A DNA stretch of 40,662 bases from Octopus bimaculoides (taxonomy: Eukaryota), in the NCBI RefSeq assembly GCF_001194135.2, contig NC_068991.1:45270158-45310819 (forward strand), read 5' to 3'. Both the position numbers and the translations under genes were made by a program. The notes beneath the pieces are model-generated. The model made no database searches. It saw only the letters and a program-made list of their open reading frames with translations, and was not told the origin of the DNA. Within the stretch, counting starts at the first letter, position 1. The number at the start of each line of letters is the position of its first letter. Positions 22,641 through 34,448 of the stretch are shown here, one piece after another.

Positions 22641-23094
22641 TGGACGTGGGAGATGGCTCGCTCAATGTGACCCTTTACATGCTCATGGATATTTGTAGTG
22701 TACCAATTCCAAGGTTACAGTGATTCTGAGTGAACTGGTTCCATTAGCTGTGGTTTATCACCTGTGTGAGGGTTACCCAATTTGTGATTAATACATTTCA
22801 ATTATGCTTTATTGCATGTGTATTTTCAGATATTTAGTGTCTGAATGTATGTATGCATTTATATATGAATGTATGGAGAGATGAATGAATGGATGGATGG
22901 TGGTAATAACGATTAAAATCCCTTACAGCATCTAGTTTCGACCTAGTATCGGTAGCACAAAATACCAGTCATGTATTGGAGACTGATCGATTAGGACTAG
23001 ACTCACCCTATTTCTCTATACAAATGTTTGGACATGTGCCAAACTTGGTTATTGTTTAGCTTGTTTATTTCTGTGTTTGTTTGATTTACTGTAC

Positions 23095-23098
23095 ATAA

Positions 23099-23155
<57 letters not shown>

Positions 23156-23533
23156 CATGTATGTATGTATGTATGTATAGGCATGTGTGTATGTGTGTAT
23201 GTATTTATTTGTGCTTGCGTGTGTGAGTGTGTTTCTGTACGTGCGTTTATTTCTATGTATTTTTGGTCTTGCTGTTGTTGCTTTTCTAGAATTTTCTGCC
23301 ACAGTACACACACACACACACACATACATACGCGCGCGCGCGCACAGCACAATTTTGAAATCAGGAATCAATAAAACTGAACCTTTGCTATTTGCAAAAA
23401 GCATCAAAATAAATGGGTAACGTATGAGAACTTCGTTGTGCAAGTAGACTTAGTCCCACTGCGTGAATCTATAATTATGCTGTGATCTGGACTAAGTCCA
23501 GAGTTATTTTACCATATGTATGTGTGTGTCTAT

Positions 23534-23566
<33 letters not shown>

Positions 23567-23790
23567 CACACACACATATGTATGTATGAATGTATATATA
23601 TATATATATATAAACACACATAGATATAAATGTATATATATATTTATGAATGTATATATGAATGTATGTATGAATGTGTATATATATATATACACATACA
23701 TGTACATGTATATGTGCATACACTTGTGTTTGTATGCATATGTATACATATGCTTGTATATATGTATATATATATATATATGCATACCAG
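23095..23790. repeat. Compound CATA/TA/TG/CA microsatellite region
   Basis: Direct reading; unique segment at ~23345-23515. Confidence 0.85.
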
Positions 23791-23952
23791 TGAGCAATAT
23801 ATGTTTGCGCCTGTATCTGTCTAATTTATTTTATTTGCAACAGTGTGAATGTTCTTTCTTCAATTATATTTTCTTCACCTTTCTTAACCTAGAAACAAAC
23901 TTTCTTCATTAGGAGTCACACATCATTGTCATTTAATGACTATGTACGTATG

Positions 23953-24860
23953 CTCTTTTCTAGTTTTAATTTTGTGAAGTTTTCCTTCAAGTAAAGAGCT
24001 GGTTTCTGTAATAGACATGAATCTCCATCACTGGAACGTAGATAACAAAAGCAATGTCGTATGTTGAACTTGAGAAAAGTTTTGCACTTACAGATTGTAT
24101 TTGTAGCTGGTTGATTGTTTTTTTCTGAAGAAACCCTAGGTTTTCCAGATTGTCACTTAGGCATTTACTAAAAAACACAACCCCCACCCACTCAAAAAAC
24201 AATGTGAATTTATAATCTGGTTAGATAAGCTGGATGTTTTAAGGTAGTTGTATCGAATTTTCGATGAGATAATCACATCAGTAGGATAGTGAGCCTTTAA
24301 AGCGGTACATATTGTTTCTCCCAAACAATTATATCCAGCCTGTTTGGCAGAAGCTTTAATGAGAATGTTTCACCAATATTCCTTGTGTTGATCTGTATGT
24401 ACGTATTTAATAACTGGAAGATTCGCTCTTGATCTCAGCACATTCATTTTCTTTCTTATGGCATTGTATATTATTTTGGCGACAAAGTCATGTCGCGCTG
24501 GGAGGCAGTAACTTGATGATATTTTTTCTGCAGCTGCTGATGATATTTTATGTCTTCCACAGAAATATGACATTATCGACATTTTTTCAGTTGCATCTTG
24601 GGAGTTCAAGGGCTTCACTATTTCTTTTCTTTATTTGGTATCTTGTAGCGAACTCCTGCTCTAGGATTGCAAACGCATAGCCTTCGAAGTACAGTGTAAG
24701 GCGGCAATCGCGAATCCAAGGATGGTTTCAATTCATGGCGATATTAATGTCATTTTCGGGTGTTCGGGAAACATATCCAAGCATAGTCATTTTCTCTTTT
24801 CTTTTCTTTCTTTTCTGCACGCTGAGCGTTTTATACCCAGCTTCTCTTTGAGTGTTACTT
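23953..24860 (-). mobile_element. Decayed RLE (R4/Dong-like) LINE 3' fragment, CATA-associated lineage
   Basis: Minus-strand motifs: YFEGYAFAILEQEFATRY, YCLPARHDFVAKIIYNAIRKK, HKEYW*N, PDYKF and SKCLSDNLENLGF..LQIQSVS. The 3' UTR aligns with 39700-39796 and ends at CATACGTACATA. Confidence 0.8.
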
Positions 24861-25384
24861 CAGTTGCCTCTTGATACAGTATACATATGGTTGTGTGTAT
24901 CTGGGATCTAGTTTTTTTCCATTCGCAAAATATGCATTTTTAAAAGGAAGTAAAAAATCTGAAAATCGGTTAAATAATGTAGCCTTACAGTCTCATTGCT
25001 TTGAAGGTGTGATGCTGTGGAGAAAAAATTGGAGAAAAAAGTTACAGAGGTTTAAAAATCGAAAAAAACTGTGTATTTTTAGCCAATAGCCAGAGAGAAA
25101 ATACCTGCGTTTAGCGGAGCGGTGTCAACTTTAAGGTAGTACCCTGTGAAATTTATAGTTTAGCGTCTGACCTGTTCATTGTAGGTTTCTAAATAATCAG
25201 AAATACCTAATAAAATCAACATGTATCATCTTACTGTTTCTTTTGTCTCTTCATTGATTGTATTTTTAATTTTTTTTTAAATTTGTTATATTAATATATT
25301 TGTATGCATATGTTTACTTCATGCGTTTTTCAGTATTATGTATACCTGTCATGTATTTGTGTACACCAGTAATATATAAGCGCA

Positions 25385-25565
<181 letters not shown>

Positions 25566-26093
25566 GGTGTCTGTCTCTAAAACTCCAAAGTTGTGCAATG
25601 TTTTCATGCTTGAATTTGTAAACTACGACAAAAATAACACTAGTCAACAAAGAATTTGTCCCAAGGAAAAGAATATCTGTGTCTTATATGTTTTTACATA
25701 CAGAATTCAAAAATAATGTCAAATTATCTGTATCACCCACAGTTTCTCTGTTCCACGATATCCCTCTCAGTTCCTGTTGCATGGGCTAAATTTCAGTTAA
25801 GCTGTTGAAATGTGAAGCTAACAGTTTAAGAAATACTCGTAATTAAAATTTTTATGAATAGAATTAACCTAGTAAACTCATAAATCCAGCTATCTGAGTC
25901 AATGAGTCCCAAAAATATTTGAAATGAAAAATATGTAAAAATACTAACAGAAAAATATGTAATATACTAACACACAGAAAAATTAAAACAAAACGCGCGG
26001 GTGAAAAGAATGTCGTGTTGTGAAGAATCAAGTGGGAAGAATCAACATAGACAACAGCGGCACAGACAACAGTGAACCATAACACAGCGTGCG

Positions 26094-26140
26094 GTTGTCA
26101 TGGTAACAAGCTACTACTTGCCATGCTGTTTGTTGATTGG
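26094..26140. promoter_or_regulatory. RFX X-box-like motif plus ATTGG (CCAAT) box; may belong to a MITE
   Basis: GTTGTCATGGTAAC (26094-26107) fits the X-box consensus and ATTGG lies at 26136-26140. Motif match only. Confidence 0.2.
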
Positions 26141-27626
26141 CTAAAATTACCCAAATTTCCCAACTTTAATTCCATATAACATCAAATTCTTTAATTTACG
26201 AGATAAAGTAATTGGTTGATCGCAATAAAAATTCAGAGTTACATCGATACACCAAAACTGAAAGCAATATGAGCAAAATTAAGCGGAGCTCATTTTGTGA
26301 ATGAGAAAGACTAGATCCTGTATCTACGTGTGTATGTAGGTGTACGTCCATTTTTAAGATTGAAGAGATTGAATTGTGTTACATTTGGCAACTATTTCTA
26401 GTAGGTCTAGCAACAACATAGAGGGGCATTTACTTGCTCGTGTTACAGTTGGTATTTAAATCAATGTCAACCTCGTCTGTGTAAACGTATGATCAGATGC
26501 CTCCCATCCACGGCCAATCTTCCTGTTTTTCTGCAGACACCTAGAACAGCATTATTGATGGGGTGTAATTTAAGAGAACTTTAGCTACTATTTTTATTGA
26601 AATAAGCGATCACACAGACTCTTCTGTGTTGGCTCGAGATATTAGGGTTAATTGTGGTGATGTCGTTGTCGCCTTTTCCGCCGTCAACTAAGCTGATACT
26701 GGTGTTGTTGTTGGTAGTGATGGTGTTGCTGCCATTAACCTTGTTAACGAGCAGCGGAAGTGAATATCTCCATCATCCTACCGACGAAGAAGTTCACAAT
26801 TCGCACTTCCTTCTCTCTCTTCTTTTTTCATCTCCGCCCCCCCCCCCCACTTCCCTATCCACAGCCATTATCGACAAATAATTTAAAGGATGATTTAATG
26901 AACGCCGCACGTAAAACAAATTTTAATTGAAATTTTCATTTCAGTTGAAGAAAGAAAACAAAACTTGAACAATAATCGTTAACGGCTCACAAAGAAAAAG
27001 GGTGATGATTTCAAGACGCCTTGCTTTGTCTTGAGTCCTCAATTTCTGATAGTGTCGTAGCGGCACCGTCGTTATATACGGCGTGTATAGCTCATCTCAC
27101 TCCTGATCAGGTCACAACCAAATTCTTCTAGAATGAGAGAAAGAAAGATTGATGGGGACAAAAAATGAAAGGATTTAAACCCAAAACATTCGGAGGTTAT
27201 TACTGGCCCTTTATTTTGTAAACTACAAGATTGCTGGAAGTTTACAGAGAACCATGCAAGATATAACCTCCGTTGAAAATACAAATTTACTGAATCCATT
27301 GATTCTTCAAGTGTGCAAAATGCATATAATACTGATGGTAGAGGCTTAGGAGAGAATTACTTTGAAAATTACATTCTTTATCATATAGTTGTCATCGTTT
27401 CTGCCTTGAGACTTGTTATCTATTATTTCTAACTTTATGTTACAGAAAGTTACAACTATTGAAGGAGCTACAGTTAACTGTCTTTGAGAAAATTCTGATT
27501 CACTTCTACTTTCATTTTCATTTTGACTTGATTATTAAAATAGTTGAAAATCTGTTGAAAGAATAATGTAGAAAGCAAACGCTTCAAACGATATTAACTG
27601 TGAACAGAAATCGAAGGCACAATCTA

Positions 27627-27819
27627 CGAGGGGAGACTGAAAAATTCCTGGCTTTAGGTAAAAGAACAGAAGGATCGGTTAATTATGATTTTATTCAACA
27701 TATTCCCCTCTCAGATTCACACACTTATTGCAATGATCCTTCAGTTTTACTAAGACCTGTGAAAGAACTCAGAAAGTTGGGTCTCCAGCCAGCACCAAGA
27801 ACTTTTCGGTACACCCTCG
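27627..27819. mobile_element. 193-bp mariner (irritans/Hsmar2-like) MITE
   Basis: TA-flanked imperfect TIRs CGAGGGGAGACTGAAAAATTCCTGG / CGAGGGTGTACCGAAAAGTTCTTGG (19/25). Internal TTTATTCAACATATTCCCCTCTCAGATTCACACACTT resembles the mariner subterminal sequence. Confidence 0.7.
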
Positions 27820-28001
27820 TATCTATAATATTATTCTGGTACGACTATATTGTTAACATATAAATCTTTATACACCGAGCCAACTCTCCTTTTTTTTCAT
27901 CTCAGAGAAAAGTGCGTAGGTAAAATGTAGTAGTTGCTCAACTAAGCTGTGGATCCTGAAAATGCGTGAGTGAGAGTGGGGGTAGAAAGAGAAAGAGGGG
28001 C

Positions 28002-28002
<1 letters not shown>

Positions 28003-28066
<64 letters not shown>
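28003..28066. repeat. (GAAA)n microsatellite
   Basis: Pure run. Confidence 0.95.
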
Positions 28067-28067
<1 letters not shown>

Positions 28068-28069
28068 CA

Positions 28070-28190
28070 TCATCGACACTAGTTCATGAGCGTTACTTTA
28101 TCCACTTCGAAAGGATGAAAGGCAATGTTGACCCTGGTGAAAGTTGAATCCAGAGCGCAGAGAGTTGGAACGAATACTGCCAGAGAGGAG
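28070..28190 (-). mobile_element. Diverged SINE family B fragment
   Basis: CGAAAGGATGAAAGGCAATGTTGACC core on the plus strand. Confidence 0.65.
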
Positions 28191-28384
28191 TACTATGAGA
28201 TCGGCAGTTCGTATTCGAACACTGCGGCAAGATAGGATAAAACGCAGTTAAAGAGTGTGATTTTTGCACATAAAAACGAAGATGGGTCATTACGCCATAG
28301 AACATCTGCTGACTTCCTTGTCAAATGTTGTTTTGTTAAATATAGTGGCATAGTGGTAGTGGTATTGGTGGTGGTGGTGGTGGG

Positions 28385-28560
28385 TCTCCATCGTTCGACA
28401 TTAAGAATTCAGGTGTTCGATCAGTTGATCCAGCGGCTCATGAATTAACGTATAAATGGCTGAGTACTTCATTGATACCTGTAATCCTTAATGCAATCTT
28501 CAGACGGAATTAGCAAGATACAGCGTGTGACAAAACGTACCTTTTGAATTGCAGGCACAT
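28385..28560 (-). mobile_element. Diverged SINE family A 3' half
   Basis: Aligns loosely to 2745-2915 (AATTAACGT..AAATGGCTGAG.ACT...GTGTGACAA...CTTTTGAATT.CAGGCAC). Confidence 0.6.
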
Positions 28561-28569
28561 TCCACTGGA

Positions 28570-28725
28570 CAATCTTTTATAAAGATTCCATCCATCCAGT
28601 TTCATGCACAAGATATGGGTCTACTCGAGTACATAGAAATTTACATTTGCTTTAGATGCCAAAGAGTAGAATCGAAATCGGGAGATCGTAGTTGCAAAAC
28701 GAACATTTTAACTATTCGGCCATAC
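28570..28725 (-). mobile_element. Highly diverged CORE-type SINE
   Basis: Loosely colinear with the CORE family at 37995-38105. Confidence 0.4.
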
Positions 28726-28821
28726 TGCTCTTACTGTCATCGCATATATTCTTCGGCAAATACGAAAGTGGTTGATTTCTCGTTGATTCCTTCGGTTACT
28801 TTTTGAAGTAATTGCTAATTC

Positions 28822-28824
<3 letters not shown>

Positions 28825-28882
<58 letters not shown>

Positions 28883-29826
28883 NNNNNNNNNNNNNNNNNN
28901 NNNNNNNNNNNNNNNNNNNNNNNNNNNNNNNNNNNNNNNNNNNNNNNNNNNNNNNNNNNNNNNNNNNNNNNNNNNNNNNNNNNNNNNNNNNNNNNNNNNN
29001 NNNNNNNNNNNNNNNNNNNNNNNNNNNNNNNNNNNNNNNNNNNNNNNNNNNNNNNNNNNNNNNNNNNNNNNNNNNNNNNNNNNNNNNNNNNNNNNNNNNN
29101 NNNNNNNNNNNNNNNNNNNNNNNNNNNNNNNNNNNNNNNNNNNNNNNNNNNNNNNNNNNNNNNNNNNNNNNNNNNNNNNNNNNNNNNNNNNNNNNNNNNN
29201 NNNNNNNNNNNNNNNNNNNNNNNNNNNNNNNNNNNNNNNNNNNNNNNNNNNNNNNNNNNNNNNNNNNNNNNNNNNNNNNNNNNNNNNNNNNNNNNNNNNN
29301 NNNNNNNNNNNNNNNNNNNNNNNNNNNNNNNNNNNNNNNNNNNNNNNNNNNNNNNNNNNNNNNNNNNNNNNNNNNNNNNNNNNNNNNNNNNNNNNNNNNN
29401 NNNNNNNNNNNNNNNNNNNNNNNNNNNNNNNNNNNNNNNNNNNNNNNNNNNNNNNNNNNNNNNNNNNNNNNNNNNNNNNNNNNNNNNNNNNNNNNNNNNN
29501 NNNNNNNNNNNNNNNNNNNNNNNNNNNNNNNNNNNNNNNNNNNNNNNNNNNNNNNNNNNNNNNNNNNNNNNNNNNNNNNNNNNNNNNNNNNNNNNNNNNN
29601 NNNNNNNNNNNNNNNNNNNNNNNNNNNNNNNNNNNNNNNNNNNNNNNNNNNNNNNNNNNNNNNNNNNNNNNNNNNNNNNNNNNNNNNNNNNNNNNNNNNN
29701 NNNNNNNNNNNNNNNNNNNNNNNNNNNNNNNNNNNNNNNNNNNNNNNNNNNNNNNNNNNNNNNNNNNNNNNNNNNNNNNNNNNNNNNNNNNNNNNNNNNN
29801 NNNNNNNNNNNNNNNNNNNNNNNNNN

Positions 29827-29876
<50 letters not shown>
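28825..29876. repeat. (GA)n - 944-bp gap - (TG)n
   Basis: Microsatellites flank the largest N gap. Confidence 0.9.
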
Positions 29877-29880
<4 letters not shown>

Positions 29881-30009
29881 AATGAGTGGCTTTATAAAAC
29901 ACGGACTTAAAATTATACTGTCTGTCTACTAAATAAAAATTAACACTTCCATTAAAAAAAGAGATCATTTAAGTTTTGGACTCTTTTGTCCATCTTATAT
30001 ATAAGTTGG

Positions 30010-30254
30010 TTAGTCCTCATTACTCTGTAAGGAGCATAGGGCTAGTTCCCCAGTTTCTCTGCTTATATATTCCTTCCTGGACGAGAGGCTGGGCTGCCGC
30101 AGGATTGTTCATTTTTACCAGCTGAGTGAACTGAAGTAACATGAAATGACGTATTTTGCTCGAGAACTCAATGCATCGTCCGGTCTATGAATAAAAACAA
30201 CAATCTTACGTTCATGAGTCCAACGTCCCTAACCACTAAGCCATACGCGTTCAC
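30010..30254 (-). mobile_element. tRNA SINE with a V-domain-like body
   Basis: Minus-strand head GCGTATGGCTTAGTGGTTAGG, then CTCAGCTGGTAAAAATGAACAATCCTGCGGCAGCCCAGCCTCTCGTCCAGG, which resembles the V-SINE CCTGCGATGGACTGGCGTCCCGTCCAGG motif. Confidence 0.5.
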
Positions 30255-30274
30255 TCTTGTATATAAGTACATGA

Positions 30275-30652
30275 GAGGCGCAATGGCCCAGTGGTTACGG
30301 CAGCGGACTCGCGGTCATAGGATCGCGGTTTCGATTCCCAGACAGGGCGTTGTGAGTGTTTATTGAGCGAAAACACCTAAAGCTCCACCAGGCTCCGGCA
30401 GGGGATGGTGGCGAACCCTGCTGTACTCTTTCGACACAACTTTCTCTCACTCTTACTTCCTGTTTCTGTTGTACCTGTAATTCAAAGGGTCAGCCTCGTC
30501 ACACTGTGTCAAGCTGAATATCCCCGAGAACTACGTTAAGGGTGCACGTGTCTGTGGAGTGCTCAGCCACTTGCACGTTAATTTCATGAGCAGGCTGTTC
30601 CGTTGATCGGATCAACTGGAACCCTCGACGTCGTAAACGACGGAGTGCCAAC
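30275..30652 (+). mobile_element. Full-length SINE family A
   Basis: A box TGGCCCAGTGG and B box GGTTTCGATTCC. 12-bp TSD ATA(A/T)GTACATGA at 30263-30274 and 30653-30664. Confidence 0.9.
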
Positions 30653-30679
30653 ATATGTACATGATCTAAATTAACTGTC

Positions 30680-30875
30680 AGGCAGCGAGCTGACAGAATC
30701 GTTAGCGCGGTGGGCACAATGCATTTCCTCCTACTCTTTACGTTGTAAGCTCAAATGCCGACTTTGCCCTTCATTCTTTTGGAGTTGATAAGATAAGCAC
30801 CAGTTGAACACTGGGTTCCAAGTAATCGACTAACACCTACTTTCAAAATTACTGTCCATAATTTGAAAGTATTTT
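30680..30875 (+). mobile_element. Diverged SINE family B copy
   Basis: GGCAGCGAGCTGACAGAATCGTTAGC head and GACTTTGCCCTTCATTCTTTTGG core. Confidence 0.75.
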
Positions 30876-31227
30876 AAACACGGTACCTTCGTTGATCCGA
30901 GATATATATAATTTAGTAAAATATATATTCAGTTTGATAGAATTTTAGGAACTGAGTTTGTCATATCACCTGGAAGGTTAAATACTCGTATGTTTCACTG
31001 ATATATATGTGTGTGTGGTGGTGGTGGTGGGGATGGGGGTAGGTGTACATATTTGTTAACTAATTTATCTTGAAGAGCTTATGGAATTTCACTACTTAAA
31101 CTCACATCTGTTTTGGATCATTCGTATTAGATAACATCGCATGAATAATAGTATATGTTGATAAAACAATATAATATTCCCATGTCTATAATACATGTAT
31201 GTTGTTAACTATGTATTTTGATTTGGA

Positions 31228-31237
31228 TATATATGTG

Positions 31238-31300
<63 letters not shown>
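31228..31300. repeat. (TA)n microsatellite
   Basis: Direct reading of the sequence. Confidence 0.95.
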
Positions 31301-32999
31301 GAATGTTTTGCATGTATGATATAATGTATATACTCAGTTATCTAAGGAATTTGTAATATGTGACCACAAACACATAAACAATATCATACACATAAACGCG
31401 ATCACATACACACAAAAACATACGCAATCATTAACATCATTGATTTATATATGCATATGCGTGAGTGTATTAACATGTGTCTATACCCATGTATAATCTA
31501 ATCTTTCTTGCCCATACACCGTAGTTAAATCAAGGAGTATGAACTCTTAAATCTTCAGATGTTGCTTTTGTGTCAAACTGATGTGTTCTGCTTTTTGTTC
31601 TCTTCATAAACAGACTTTCGAACAAAGAATTCTAACATTATCTTATCTTAATAGAAAAAGAAAACTAATCAACAGCAGAGAAGAGAATCTGAAGTGAGGA
31701 GAACCTTTTCTCTGCTGTCGTCTCGACATGCTAGAAAGAATGACTATAACTCGCTCAAAATCATACTTTGCTTATTTATAAGGAGAACAAAACGTTGGAT
31801 AAAGAAGACAAGATGTTCACGATTGAAATCCTTTTGCTCATAAACTTTTTTCGATCAGAGGAGTCATGCTGAGGTTAAATAACAACAAAAATAATGATAA
31901 CAATGGAAACAGGAAAAGGAAAACGGAGGAAAGAACTTTGTAAATGCATTGCACAGTTTTTCACGAATTTTCATTCCTCGCAAGGATGGCCGTTTGAAAT
32001 TCTAAAGTGTTTTTCTTCTCTTTAAGGTCACGAATTGGCTCAGTTGTTAGAACGCTTATGGAAAGTTCATTTGATCTGACTCTCTTTTTTTTTTTCATTC
32101 TCAGTTCATTTCCCCGCGAAGTTAGTTTTGTCTTTCATATTTTGGGGACAGTAGATGCTTTGAGTTCTGACAGCAATGCGTGTGACCACACTGGTGCCAA
32201 ACTATGTGGACCCAATTCGACCACCTTCCCTTTGGAAAAAAGAGAGGTATTGCCCAGACCTACGCATAAATGTGTAGCCGCATGATCTGCATTGACCGAC
32301 GGAGGCCCTACATACTTCTCTTTGTTTACAGGGTGGTACTTTTAAACAGGTTGGTTTTATTCAGTAAACTAGCTTATATTTACGAAGACATTCAATAGTA
32401 ACATATTAGGAACAGTCTTAAATAAACTGGTAGCGGTCTGCATTGGTAAAAATTGTGCAGTAAAGGTCATAAATTTAGTTATGTTTTCGGTATCCTGCAA
32501 AAGGTCGAAAAGGTCAGAGGCGCTGCTCTTCTTGATTAAGCTATGGAAAAAAAAAGGTGAAACAGAATTTGGTCTAGAAGAGTTGGAATAAATTCTTTTC
32601 TGTCCACCGAAAGGTCAGTCTCGAAAGATCAGATTTCTTTTCTCCCTACGGCATGCAGACTTAAACGAACTAGTGACCTAAGATGTCCAGTGCATTGTTA
32701 TGTCTTTTTCAATAATTGTTCCAAGCAAGTATTTTAATACTTGATCTGCTAATGATATACAGTCTAATATTGATCTTCGCAGAGAAACTACATTCTCATA
32801 TCCTTGCCATTCTTCTTAAAGCCTCCCATGCTCTAATTTCAATGATTTAGAATTACCGTTTTATGACAGAATAGTTCTTAAAATCTGTAGTACTTTCGAA
32901 CTAGATGACTATCAACAAGCAAGCTATTGAGACTTTTCACCTGAGAAAAATTCACTCTTAGTTTTTTTTTTATTCTTCGCGTTATTATTTTTTCATACC

Positions 33000-33205
33000 G
33001 AGGCTGTGAGCTGGCAAAATCATGAGCTTATCAAATACTTAGCTGCATTTCCTGTAACTGAATTACGTTTCTACGTTCAAATTCCACAGAGGTCAACTTT
33101 GCCTTATACTAATTCAGGGTCAATCAAATAAGTCAGTGAGGTCGATATAATTGATTAATCCATTCACCCAAAATTTCAGACTTTGTACCTGTAGAAGAAT
33201 GAATT
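33000..33205 (+). mobile_element. Diverged SINE family B copy
   Basis: GAGCTGGCAAAATC head, GTTCAAATTCCACAGAGGTCAACTTTGCC core and AATTTCAGACTTTGTACCTGTAG tail. Confidence 0.7.
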
Positions 33206-33655
33206 ATCATTTCTTAATATCACCGGAATCTACTTTTATAATTTATTTTAGATTCTTCGGTGCAATATTCAACACTCGGTTTATTTTCATGATATATTCG
33301 GAATTAGAAAGCTAGTACTCACGAACGTAAGCCAGGACACTAATATGACAAATCTACAAATGATGGGCCACTACATTAGACACTAATAGGTCAAAATAGC
33401 AGATTATTTTCACACGTGAAACCTAATCCGAATGCTTGTAACGGACTGGTCTGCGTCCGAAGCACCCAGTGGCAACAGATTAAGTCTACTATGCAGTTTA
33501 CCCTAGACATAACATCTTTCAGGTTTCGTTAGTGTAATGGCTAAGTTTATTACTGTTCTATGCAGGTATTTGTGATCCCAAAACAATTCGTTATCGATAT
33601 TCTAACATTTTACTTTTAGGTTTATGGCTACATAAATATATATATATATATATCA

Positions 33656-33687
<32 letters not shown>

Positions 33688-33736
33688 ATTATGTATGTGT
33701 GCGTGTGTGTGTAATGTGTAAATGTCTGTGTGTAAA

Positions 33737-34005
33737 GGCGCGTGATCTAGTGGTTAGAAGGTTGTGCTCACGATCGCTAGATCGTGGGTTTCATTTTCAG
33801 ACCAGGTGGCCATTTGTATTCTTGAGTAAAATACTTAATTTCACCTTGCTCCAGCTCCCCTTTCGATCAAGTGGGGGAATGTATTGGCCTATTCGCCTAG
33901 CCAGTGAGGTAGCATCATTCAGAGGCTAAAACACAATGCAAAGCGCATTGTGACTAGCGATGTTTAACAACATATAATACTCTGGTTGGTCACGTGATCA
34001 CGTGA
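33737..34005 (+). mobile_element. tRNA SINE family E with a (TCACGTGA)2 tail
   Basis: GGCGCGTGATCTAGTGGTTAG head (A box) and a CTTGAGTAAAATACTT motif. Ends GGTCACGTGATCACGTGA immediately before (TA)n. Confidence 0.65.
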
Positions 34006-34052
<47 letters not shown>

Positions 34053-34448
34053 NNNNNNNNNNNNNNNNNNNNNNNNNNNNNNNNNNNNNNNNNNNNNNNN
34101 NNNNNNNNNNNNNNNNNNNNNNNNNNNNNNNNNNNNNNNNNNNNNNNNNNNNNNNNNNNNNNNNNNNNNNNNNNNNNNNNNNNNNNNNNNNNNNNNNNNN
34201 NNNNNNNNNNNNNNNNNNNNNNNNNNNNNNNNNNNNNNNNNNNNNNNNNNNNNNNNNNNNNNNNNNNNNNNNNNNNNNNNNNNNNNNNNNNNNNNNNNNN
34301 NNNNNNNNNNNNNNNNNNNNNNNNNNNNNNNNNNNNNNNNNNNNNNNNNNNNNNNNNNNNNNNNNNNNNNNNNNNNNNNNNNNNNNNNNNNNNNNNNNNN
34401 NNNNNNNNNNNGTAGAGAGAAAAGCCTACGGAAAAGACCACGGTCACC

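Noticed and set aside
32104-32250. Acceptor (T)n-CATTCTCAG and donor GAG|GTATTG bounding an open frame (SFPREVSF...PLEKRE)
   Set aside because: The peptide is unrecognisable, the donor is mediocre, and no compatible neighbouring exons were found.
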